NCBI GenBank assembly: GCA_013265495.1
Contig: MU058650.1
Location: 1,271,290-1,335,289 of the forward strand
Reading direction: 5' to 3'
DNA length: 64,000 nt
Source of the DNA: Vicugna vicugna
Taxonomy: Eukaryota
This document shows, one piece after another, positions 24,716-36,084 of this stretch (positions are counted from its first letter, which is position 1; each line of letters starts with the position of its first letter). The position numbers and the translations under genes are program-made. The notes beneath the pieces were generated by a model. The model was not told the DNA's origin, did not search any database, and saw only the letters and a list, made by a program, of their open reading frames with translations.

Positions 24716-26054
24716 GTTAGGGCTGTGGTCTGCAGAAAGTTGCTTACTGAGTCTCAGACAGAAACTATTCTACTGCCTGTGCAAAACATTGATGAAAAAC
24801 TCAATTAACAACAAGGTTACAAGTCATAAATTATTAACGTTAAAGTAAGTAAAGTACTTGTTGACCCTCATTTTGGTTTATTAAGGGTGCTGTTTGAAAA
24901 GTCAAGGTGAGTCTAATTGATTCCATTGATCTATATGGAGAGTAACTTGTATAGCTAATTTAGAAATGAAGCAGGTAACACTAGTTATAAAGGTTTAAAA
25001 AAAATGTAACCAAGTTAGAAAGGCCAAGAGAAGTTAATTTTGAGACTAGCCTACCACACGTGCAGTAAATGAATTCTTGAATACATTACAGGTATCCTTG
25101 TGTGGTTAAAGACCTGATAATAATAAAGTAGAATCTTCAGGTGGAGGCAGCTAGGATAATTTTTAATCCAGCTCCTCTGTTTTATAGCTGAGACAAAAGC
25201 AAAATGTTGCTTGTACAGGATTGCATAACTAATGAAAATCAGAACTGTTCTTACTGCTTTTTATTAAACTTCAGTGAAGTAGCACTAATTGTGCAAACTG
25301 CATACTGCTCAAAGAGGACTCTCCTACATCACTTAGCCTGCCTGTCCCACCTTCCGTCTTCACAGACCTGCACGTTCGTTCATTCAACAGGTACTGAGTG
25401 CCTGCTGTGTTTTGTGGCAGGCATCATCTTTGAAGAGGTTTGCTATCTAGAGGAAGGTAAAACGTCAGGCACGTTGATAGTTAAAGTGTTGCACCTTGCA
25501 GACCTCTGGGGAGATTGCTATGGATTTAGAAGTGGTGCTCATCTCAGGCCAAATACAGGCGTTGATGACATATGGCAAAAAGTTTTTTCTTCACGGAAGC
25601 TAGCAAAAGGAGACAGGGAACACAAGGTGAGAGAGATGGTTTATCACTATCCGTTCCATACAAGATGTGTTTTTCAAATAAGTACATATTTAGGGTTGAC
25701 CCTGGATGCAGAACTTTGGTAAACGATGGGGGAAAAAGTACAAAAGAGGAATAACATGGTCTCTGCCCTCAAGAAACTGACCCTTTGGTTAAGACAAGAC
25801 TCTGGAAATAAGGAGGGAACTCTTACATGCAATCTCCCTTTCTTCTTTTTGCCTACATGAAATAGTTTTCTAAAGGATTTTTCAATACGCAGGGACCTAT
25901 GCCATAATTCTTCTCTTTATTTTTTAATAAAATATTTGTGATGAAAGTTTTCAAATATTTACAAAAACAGAGAAAATAGTATAATGAACCCCACTCCCCA
26001 AACCCAGCCCCCAGATTTAACAGTGATCATTTTGTCATACGTGCTTGGTTGATC

Positions 26055-26170
26055 CTTTTTTCTTTTTTTCCCTCTTTTGTCCCTTTCCTCCTTTCCTTTC
26101 CTTTCATGTCCTTTCCTCCTTTTCTTTTTTCTTTCTTTTCCTTTCTTTTTTTCTTTCTTTCTTTTCTCCA
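26055..26170. repeat. CT-rich polypyrimidine low-complexity tract
   Basis: Mixed (CTTT)/(CCTTT) units. Confidence 0.9.
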
Positions 26171-27319
26171 TCACTGAAATAAATGATAATGCGCACTTTT
26201 ACTCTAAACACTTCTGAATTATAACATTGTTTTTAATGACTGTATATATTTCATTGTATATGTGTATTGTAATATACCTAATTCTCTAATGATGGGAATT
26301 TTCAGTATTATTTGTTATCATTAGTTTATTTTTTACAAATAGTACTTCCTGGAACACTCTTACATGCTTTTATCTTTTTATCTTTTTAACATCTTTATAC
26401 ATATATCTTTGTCACATGTGGCAGCCCCTTGGAATGGAATTTCCTGGAAAGGAGGTTGCTGAAGCAAAGGCTCTGCACCTTTCACAGATCGCTGTAAACA
26501 CCAAACAGATTTTCAGAAATGTTGTTGTAATTCTCATTCCCATTTACACTATGCCTGTTTATCTTTGTTCATCGGGGTTTTGTCAGACTATTAATTTTGC
26601 CAAGCTCAGTATCACAGATTTTAAAAGATTTTTTATGTGCACTTAAAAATCACTGATGAGGCTGGGCATCTTTATCTTACTGTGGACCATTTGGGTTTCT
26701 TCTTTTGTGAGTTCGGGGTACTCTTCCATAAACATCACTTTCACTATTTTACTTCTTTATTCAAAAGCCATAGTATCATGATTTCCTGCCTGTGGTTTTC
26801 AAGGCCCTTCATGATTTGGCCCTAACTTATTTTTCTAACTTAATATTGTTCAGTAAGAGTCATTCTACCCAATAAGGAATATTTCCTTATTCATATAGCT
26901 CAGTCTGTTTGTTTTTTAATTCATTTTTTAAAGCAATGTTTTACTGCACCTGTTGTTTCTACAGCTTGATTTAGTAGCAGATTACAGGCTGCTTTGTTGT
27001 GGTGTTTATCAAGCACGGGCTGTGTTGAAGCTGTGGATCTGTGGCTATGGACAGAACACAGTCTCTGTCCTTGTGAGGTTTATGGTGTGTTAATGACGCG
27101 TTTGCTTTTACTTCTTTGCCTTATTGGTGAAATTGAACTTTTTGTGCACCTCTGTTATGTATGAAGAATGCACACATTTTTTTAGATATGCTGTACTCCA
27201 GTTGTTAAGAGCATTGAGGACATAAACCATGTTTTGTACTTCTCTGTTCCTTATGACAGTTAACTCTGAGCATGTAGCCATTGCTAAGTATATACTTGCT
27301 CTCTTAATGTAGTATCAAA

Positions 27320-27565
27320 AGTTGTAGGCTGTGGACTTGCATACCTGGCCTCATATTACAGCTCAAACCCTAATGAACTAACTGTGCAACATCTGTAGGT
27401 TATTTACTTAGCCTCTCTAAGCTTGTTTCCTCATATGGTAGATATCTGCTGCATAAGATTGTCGTGGATTAAATGACATATGGGTTAAATGAGATAATGT
27501 TTAAAAGGCATTTAGCATAATGCTTGGTCAGAGTAAGTGCTCATTAAAAATATTTGTTATTATAA
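27320..27565 (+). mobile_element. MIR
   Basis: ttacttagcctctctaagcttgtttcctcat...ttaaatgagataatg...gtaagtgctca. Confidence 0.7.
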
Positions 27566-27704
27566 TAATTTGTTTAACCTTTCAAGCTAGAAACTGCTTC
27601 AACGACTTAGATCCCTAACTCCTTTCACGTAAGCAGTTACCAGTCTTTGCAGTTTACTTCAGTTATCTTGTCGATTTAGCCTCTCCTCTTAATCCTCATT
27701 GTAA

Positions 27705-27915
27705 CCCACAGTAAGAAATACATTTTTTATTGTGGCTTAGTATATTCTTTGTTTATTTGCTCACATCTGAAACAAAATTTTTATGGAATAATACTTGTTG
27801 CTGTTATCTGTGATGCGTTCTGATGTTGTTTGTACTGTTCTGTATTATTAAAGAAAGAAACCCTGGTCACAGCCATTAAAACTGATTTCACAACAGACAG
27901 TTTGAAACACACTGG
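27705..27915. mobile_element. hAT-Charlie-type DNA transposon fragment
   Basis: cccacagtaagaaatacatttt...tgatttcac...cagtttgaaacacactg. Confidence 0.6.
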
Positions 27916-29595
27916 TCTGGATTTTTGGAGTCTGCAAAACTTGGACTTCTCCTGAACACAGGTTGAACTACTCCTGATCTAAACTAAAATAGAAAGCAGA
28001 GCTGAAGTGACTGGGGCTTGGGGCTTATTTTGATGGCACTTTCTGTTTCTTCTTTATTAGTTACATGTAATTAGATTTATCTAGTCTCTGTTGAGGCTGG
28101 TAGTGTTCAGTTGTGCATATTCCAGAGCTGGTACAGAATGAGGTTACTCAGTGATTGGGGCAGAGCGCCCCACCTTGGCAGGGCAGAAATTTCTCAACCA
28201 CTTTGTATCTGTGTGTTTTTTTAGGACAGAAATTGACATACATGGATTTTAAAGTCATTAGCATAATTCTCAAAGAGGGACCTGAAAAAAATCTTTTATT
28301 ACGGAAATTTTTTAACATTTTTTAAAGTAGAAAGAGTAGTATAATGACTCTCCATTACCTAAATTCAACTCCAGTAATTATCAACATTATGTCACTTCCA
28401 AGAGGAATTTTTGGCAAAGAACTTTTTAAGACACACATAGTTCCCTTCCTGAATATAGATAGATGATCTGTTTTTCAGAAGAGAGATGTCAGCCTTGTGT
28501 ACTTTGCATCCTATTTATTTTATTTGATACCTGTGAGACAAGTAAATATATGACATGAAGGAGCAGTGATGAGGTGGGGTGGATTTTCCTGAGGGCCAGC
28601 CAGAACACTGGACCCTAACCATCTTACTTGGAGTATTTCAACAGCCTTGTCTGCCAGTCTCTCTGCCACCACTGAGTACCACCTACCATTAGACTGAGCG
28701 TTTAGAAATGACTTTGTAGGGGAGTCGAAGCTCATTACATTTATCCTCTGTTTAAAACCTTCCCTACCTATAGAATAAAATCCCAAACCATAGATTTTCA
28801 TTCACAATCTGGCTCCAGCTTACCTTTCTGGCTTTCCCTCCCACTGTCTCTTCACTGCTATATTCTGCTTCTTGTTCCTAGAATACTCAGTCCGTTTTAA
28901 GACTTGTACTTATTTTTAAGCATTGAATTTACATTTCATCTTGTGCATGAGACCTTTTTAACTACCCACGAACAAATAGTAGTTCCTTTGTTTCTGTTTG
29001 GGGGCGTGTGTGTGTGTGCGCGAACACGCGCGCTTTGCCACTTACCTGAGTTGTGTTTATTAGTTGACACTTGCCTCCCTCCCTGCCCTCAATGAGACAG
29101 TGGTCTTCTCCAAAGCAGAGGTCATTTCTTATTCCCTCTGTATCCTGACCACTTCTTTGGTGCCAACAGCCGCGATGCCTACTGTATGTTGAATGAATGT
29201 TCATACTTTTAGAATTTTAGGATCTAATTCCAGCACAGGTTCTCTCCAGATGAGAGTTTACTAAAGGTTGTTTTTGTTTTTGTTTTTTCATTTTGTTTGG
29301 TATATTAAAATTTTTTTTCCTCCCCTCCTTGGGGACTTTCTTTAAAATTTCTAACGAGAACCTACATTCTGTAGCCTTTTCCTTAGAGGGAAGTATGCTT
29401 TGGTAAACTTACATAGAGTACCCGTCTTCAGTAATCCTCTCGTAAAGGTAAGTAAAGTCTACTTTCAGTGGGCTTAGCTGTTTTGCTATTGTTCAAGAAT
29501 GTGGTTTTATGGAGCTATAAGGCAAAATGGAGAGGAATAGATTTGTGCCTTTCTTGTGCTTACAAGGGCCTTGACCAGTTTTTGATGTGTTTCAG

Positions 29596-29689
29596 CTCAT
29601 GGAATGCTGTGTAAATGCCCTGGTGACATCCTTTAAAGAGACTATCTTAGCAGAGTGCCAAGGCATGATCAAGCGAAACGAAACTGAAA
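29596..29689 (+). CDS. CUL5: CUL5 exon 8 (94 nt)
   Basis: tttcag|CTC ATG ... GAA A|gtaggt; LMECCVNALVTSFKETILAECQGMIKRNETE. Confidence 0.97.
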
Positions 29690-31375
29690 GTAGGTAAAAC
29701 ATCACATAACGTTCTCATACTCATATTAAGAGGGTGTCTTTGAAGCACATCACTTTTAATAAATTGCTGTTAGGTCATTCTTTTATACGTATGTATTTTT
29801 GTTATGGCAAATTATACTTAAAGAAAATGATAAAATATTTAGCATAGTTAGAAACACTGTAAAGAAGATTATAAATGTATATTTTAAGCATTCCCCTCCT
29901 CCCCCCCCCGTATCAGTATGTGTGTGAGTACTCTTGCATGTGAATTTCAATTTCTTCTCAAAAGTAGGGGGGAAAAAGTAGGACTCTGCTTTTAAAGGCT
30001 AATTTAAATGATAAACATATGGTATAGGATAAAACTAGGTAATTTGACTTGTGTGTGGGACCTTGTGACAAATATTTTTAAAAAGTAATAAAATGCTCTA
30101 TGTTTGTAATCTTCATCCCTCTCTCCCAAAATACGTTATAATTTAAGATACCTGAAGTGTATTTTTTTACTTAAATTTTTTTATTACTTAAATATGATAA
30201 AGGTATATTTAAGTACATTAAAACAGAAAAGAATACTGTAAAAATTACCCGTATGCTTACCACTCCGAGATGACCACTTTTAACATTTTGATGTATTACT
30301 CTCTAGATTTCATTATGTAAAATTGCGAGGTCTCTAGTTGCATTTAAAGTATGTATTTCAGTATCTTGAAAACATTATTCTCAAGAATATCTAGTAAATG
30401 AGTGATAAAGATGAGTCTTGCCAGTAAGTCATTTCTAAATGGGAATTTAATTTTCTGTGGAAGAAAGTACTTACGTCCCAGATCTGACAAACCAGTTGAT
30501 AGAACCTTCTAATGGAGAAGCAAAAGAGGAGTTCACGCAGGCCAAGCCAGCTTCTTTAAATTTTCCAAGACTAAATTGCATATTTCCTAAATTTACATAA
30601 TTACATTATTGTACACTGGTTTATCTGATCATTCACTCAAATAAAAATTATGATTAGGGTTTCTTCTATAGTAGTTAATAGCACCTTGTATAGAAATAAT
30701 AGCATTATCAAACATAAAGAGTGAAATCCTTTGATTTGGTTAACATTTTTCTTTGATTGCTTTATTTTCTGATGTGTTCCAAATACCTTGAACAGTGACT
30801 AGCATGAGGTAGATAATAAATATTTATTAAAAAGAAAAAAAAAGTATATATTTCAGTTCACTTAAGTCCATACACTCTTCAGAAGTAGTTTTGTAGTAAA
30901 AAGCAAGTTTCTCACTTGGCATAAATGAATTATTTGAATTTCTGTATGTCAAGCTCAGTAGTGTTACGTCAGATCCATGTTGGACTCCCTTCGAAAGGAC
31001 TTATTTAGTGGTACCCAGTTCAGAAGTAAGACTTTTCTGAAGGTCAATTAAATGGTAAAACAGGAGAAAGTGCTTTTTTGTAAATTGAAAAAGTTTTTAT
31101 GAATAGAGTTTTATGCTATCTTACCTGAGGACATGATTATTTTACCCCTTAACCACATGGCTGTGTTTTGTGTATTTAATATTGCATCTGTTTTATGAAA
31201 TGTACTAATCTTTTATGTAAACTTTTTTATTTCTTAGAATAAATACATTCCATTGCATTTGAAAATCAGATGACTCATCTTTTAAGAGGAGTTGGGTTTT
31301 GCAGTGTGTGTGATCACTTCAATTAGGATTTCTTACAAAAATAATTTTTTTTTTTTTTTTACAAAAATAATTTTT

Positions 31376-31503
31376 GAAGGAGGAGGCTGTAACTCAGTGG
31401 TAGAGTGTATGCTTAACATGTGCAAGGTCCTGGGCTCAATTTCCAGTACCTCCGTTATTTATAAACAAACAAACAAGCCTAATCCCCCCCCAAAAATAAA
31501 TAA
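31376..31503 (+). mobile_element. tRNA-derived SINE (Vic-1 type)
   Basis: tgtaactcagtggtagagtgtatgcttaacatgtgcaaggtcctggg...cctaatcccccccc, A-tail. Confidence 0.85.
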
Positions 31504-31741
31504 AAGTAGTTTTTCTCAGACTGAGAAGGTAGATTAGGAAGTTCTTACTGTAGAGCCTGCAGTTCTTACTGTAACAACCCCTGAACTAATTGTACCCACA
31601 GAATACTACTAAAGCTGTCAGCTTCCAGCTAGTACTTCCCCGCACTCATTGTGACAGGCGTCATAGATCCACGATACAAGGCAAAGAGAAAATCTCTTCC
31701 GGTGGATGAAAGGGTTACATGAGTATGTTCTGTCCTTTCAG

Positions 31742-31872
31742 AACTACATTTGATGTTCTCACTGATGGACAAAGTTCCTAACGGGATAGAGCCAATGCTG
31801 AAGGACCTGGAGGAACACATCATTAGCGCGGGCCTGGCAGACATGGTAGCAGCTGCTGAAACCATTACTACT
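31742..31872 (+). CDS. CUL5: CUL5 exon 9 (131 nt)
   Basis: tttcag|AA CTA ... ACT ACT|gtaagt; KLHLMFSLMDKVPNGIEPMLKDLEEHIISAGLADMVAAAETITT. Confidence 0.97.
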
Positions 31873-32122
31873 GTAAGTCTTCTCGGTGACAGCCTATATA
31901 AAGGTTATCTTCTCAACGCAGAATCAGGTGTTTAAAATAATAATTGATAGCAAAACAGTAGTAACGTTGGAACACCTTTTTTAAGAAAACCTTTTTTCAG
32001 AAAATTTTCCTACTTTTAAAGCTGTAGTGGTTTATTAAAATTATGTTTGTATTTTCTCTCTTTTTTTGTATTATTATTTTCTTTTTAAAGACTCAATTGA
32101 ATATAAAACACTTTATTTTTAG

Positions 32123-32230
32123 GACTCTGAGAAATATGTTGAGCAATTACTTACACTATTTAATAGATTTAGTAAACTCGTCAAAGAAGCTTTTCAAGAT
32201 GATCCACGATTTCTTACTGCAAGAGACAAG
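32123..32230 (+). CDS. CUL5: CUL5 exon 10 (108 nt)
   Basis: ttttag|GAC TCT ... GAC AAG|gtatat; DSEKYVEQLLTLFNRFSKLVKEAFQDDPRFLTARDK. Confidence 0.97.
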
Positions 32231-32929
32231 GTATATATTCCTGTATATTAACATTTCTGTCCTAATTTAATTTTAGTAAGAAACTTACATCATTATTCTA
32301 TTAAGTTACAAGCTAAAAAAACTAGTAACACTGATTTTTCATCAGTGGAGGGCAACTGTGTTTATTATATTTGGTTTGTTAGTGCTTTTCTCAGCATTGG
32401 GTATGCATGTGAACCAAAATTGAGCTAGAAGGTTGTCCTCTTCCTCATTTTTCAAGAATGTTTTCCTGTTTTTGAATATTACTGATTATTGAATTCCTCT
32501 TCATCCTTCTTCAAGACTCAGGTCATAGCATACTTCTCATGGACCATCCTTGATACTCTGCCTCTCCCCACATCCTGTCCCAAGCAGAATTGATTTCCCT
32601 GTCTCCTTTCCTTTCATAGGGCTCTTGTGACAGTTGCATCACATTTATCCTTGTTTTCCATACCCTCTTGCCCATCGTTATAGGATAAAGATAATGAAAC
32701 AGTATTATCCTTAGAATTGTGTCTTTTTAAATGACATAAACCTGTCACTAGAAATTATTATTAGTTCCCCCCTCCTTCAGCTACCTTTCCTTACTTCCTA
32801 AGTTAGATTTTTTTTCTAGACTCTTAAAAAAAAAATCAGCTTTCTCTAGTAGGCTTTTTTCCTCATTATTTTTAGATAGATAAATAAATGAATGGTTAGA
32901 AAGAAAGGTAGGTAGATAGTACGTGGGTA

Positions 32930-34740
32930 GATAAAGTAGGAGAGGGGTTAAGGGAGTGTGGAGGAAATGAGGTGGTTTGAAGTGTTCAATTGGGCTGCAG
33001 AGGGTTTATTCAAAGCTAGATTGAAGTTGATTAAGGAGTAAGCCGTGTGGCTAAGAGAAGAGTACTCTAGCCAGGGGATACACAAGTGCGAAGGCTCTAA
33101 AGCAGAGATACACCCGTCATGTTCTAGGACCAGAGAGGAAAGAGATCATTGTGGCCAGGGTGGGTTGAGTGAGGGGGCAAATAGTAGGAAATTAAGCCAG
33201 AGATAATAGAAGGCCAGGTCATGTAAGACTGTGAGCCATTGTAAGGAGTTTGGTTTTTACTCTGAATAGGTTAGAAAGTCATAGAAAGATCTCGAACAGA
33301 ATGACAGGATCTGACGTATATTTTATCAGGATTACCTGGCTGCTACAGAAAGACTAGACCGAAGGAGGCAACAGAGGAAGCAAGAATATGGGTTAAGAAC
33401 CTATTTAAGTAATTCGATTAAACAATAATGGGAGCTCTGCCCAGAACAGTAGTAGGTAGAGGTAGTCAAAAGTGGTTGAGTTCTGTTTATATAGTGAAAA
33501 GAAACTATACAGGACATGATAATAGAACCAGACGTGGAATGTGATAGAAGGAGATCATCAAGGATGGCACTCCAGTTTTGTTCTGATCAGTTAGAAGTAT
33601 ATGCTTGCTGAGATGAGGGCAGATGAAGACTGTGGGAGAAGCAGATTTTGGGGAGATGGTTGAAGAGAGATTGGGAACTCAGTTCTGGACAGGTTAACTT
33701 TGAATTTTTAATAAACATCCATGTGATAACACCACGTCTGGAGCTTAAAGGGAGAGGACAGGGCTGCAAAAATAAATTTGGGAGCATCAGCAGATAGATG
33801 GTGTTTAAAGCACTGACACTGGCTGTGATCGCCAAAGTTAAGAGTGAAGAAAGCAAAGAGAAGAGATCCAAGGACTGGCCTGGGGCAACCTAAATTTAGT
33901 TATCAGAAAGATGAGGAACCCAACCATCTTTCATGAGGAGAGAGGAGAATGATTGGAATGACCAGGAGAGTGCTGTGCTAAAAAACAAGTGGAAAAAGCA
34001 CTTCCCGGGAGGAGGGCATGCTCTTCTGTTGTAGAATGCTGTTGATAGATCAGATGGGTCAGATAAGATGGGGATTAGCCACTGTCTTCAGCAACATGAA
34101 GGTTGTGAGTGACTTGGACGAGAACGATTGGTTGGAGTAGTAGTGAGAAAGCCTGGTGATAGAATGGCTCACAGTAAGAATGGGAGTAGAGGAATTAGAG
34201 ACAATGAGTTAGATAATTCTTTGTGTGTGTGTGTGGTTACGTGTTTATTTCTTTTGGGTAATTAACAGTGAAATTGCTGAATCATGAGAAGTGTAAATTA
34301 ACTTTATAAAATCCTGTAAAACTGTTTTCCGAAGTGGTTCTACCATTTTACAATCTATCAGCAACGCTTGAGATAGATAATTCTTGAGTTAGATAATTCT
34401 TCTAGGAATTTAGTTTAAAGAGCGAGAGAGAGATGGGTGAGTACCTAAAGGTGGACAAAGTCAAGAGAGAATTTTTAAGATTTAAAAAGTAATATGTATG
34501 CATCCTGAGGCTGCAGAAAACAGAGAGGAAGAAAATGACACAGGAGAACTAGGAAATTCTGATGACTTCAGTTTTCTTGATAAAATAGGAAGCCCAACCA
34601 CCAGCTGAGAACTTGCATGGGACAGGAAATACTGGAGGTTTGAAGAGAAAGGAGGTGGTATGAAAATGTTTTCCAGGAAAATGTGTGGACAAGAGAAAAA
34701 CAGTATGGTTGTCAGGCAGCATTAAGACCTCACTTGAGAA
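32930..34740 (-). mobile_element. L2 LINE remnant
   Basis: Purine-rich strand with gtaaggagtttggtttttactctga and aatttgggagcatcagcagatagatgg motifs. Confidence 0.75.
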
Positions 34741-34928
34741 TTGTGATAATCATATGGCAAAGAACATGCTGATGTCATTGCCTGGAAGAATTCTATCAGG
34801 CCAGATACACCATTAAAATTAAAAATTGATTTGTATTTTATGTATTTTTGGAATTGGAACAATTTATCTAGCTGTATTTTAAGTGTTAAAAATAATGTTT
34901 ATGTTTTACTTTAAACCGTTTTTTGCAG

Positions 34929-34993
34929 GCGTATAAAGCAGTTGTTAACGATGCTACCATATTTAAACTTGAATTACCTTTGAAGCAGAAAGG
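34929..34993 (+). CDS. CUL5: CUL5 exon 11 (65 nt)
   Basis: ttgcag|GCG TAT ... AAA GG|gtaagg; AYKAVVNDATIFKLELPLKQKG. Confidence 0.97.
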
Positions 34994-36084
34994 GTAAGGT
35001 TTTTAAAAATTATGTATTTAATATTCTTACTGTTTTTGGAGAATACTGTGTGTTATTGAATATGCAAAAGTGCCCTGTTTCCCTAATCCTATCAGGTTTG
35101 GTTTTTTGCTTTTTTAACTTTTATGATTTTTGCTGCCTTTAATTATTAAGAACTGTTTCACTTTTAAATTTTATATTGTCTCCTATTATGACCAAAAAAT
35201 GTTGACCTTATTTTTTAAGTAGAAAAAAAGTTTTGTTCTTAATCTTTTTGAATCTCTACTTGTTTTCCCTCCTCATTATTCACCAGTTATTTTATAACCT
35301 ACAAAAGCATGGAATATGACTCAATTCACCATAATGATTTAAAAAAAGGAGAAATAATTTTAATGTAAATTTTTATATTGCCATTTTTAAAATGGATCTC
35401 TCATTGATGAGCTCTCATATCATCTCTCAAATAAGATGGACTTGTGCTAAGTACTATTATAGAAAATCTAAAAATCAAAATTTAATGAAATACTAATCTG
35501 AGCTAGTTATCATATCTTCAGAGTAGTACTGAGTAGCAGTAAAGGTTAATTGGAAAAGTCTTTTTTTGTAATTTCTAGCTGAGAATTGCTATTTTAAATA
35601 CATTTTATACATAATGCTAATAAAATATTTGAAAGTAACGTGTCTTAAGAAGGAAAAGTAATTGTTCAGGATTTTTTTTTTAAGTCAGTGTCAGTTTGTC
35701 TTTCTAGAGCCATGTAAGTTATTCAGGTGCTATTACAGTGGAAGACACCTGAGTCCTACAGTTTTAAAGTAATTGGAATAGTTTAGAAGGGCATTTATTG
35801 TATTCTCTTTATAGATTGTGAAATATATGAAACATAACATGACATCTTGGAGATCCCTTCATATGAATACATAAAGGTCTTCTTCAGTCTCCTCTGCTCC
35901 CAGAACTTTTTAATAAAATTTTCAAACTTAAGAGTAAAGTCACTCTATTGCTTTATTAAATGTTTACCTCCCTATACACCCATCAGTCAGCTTTTTAAGT
36001 GCACTTCAAAAGAAGTTGCAGGCATCAGTAACCTTTACTTTCTAAACACTTCACCATATAGCCATTAACAGAATTTTGTGTCTG

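Noticed and set aside
25204..25722. 172-aa + strand ORF in intron 7
   Set aside because: Overlaps L2-like decayed sequence, has no recognisable domain and no splice context.
27918..27930. tggatttttggag resembling the U2 snRNA Sm-site region
   Set aside because: Only ~13 nt match, and the flanks do not resemble U2.
4650..31503. A/B-box sequences as tRNA genes
   Set aside because: They lack a full cloverleaf and carry SINE bodies, A-rich tails and TSDs.
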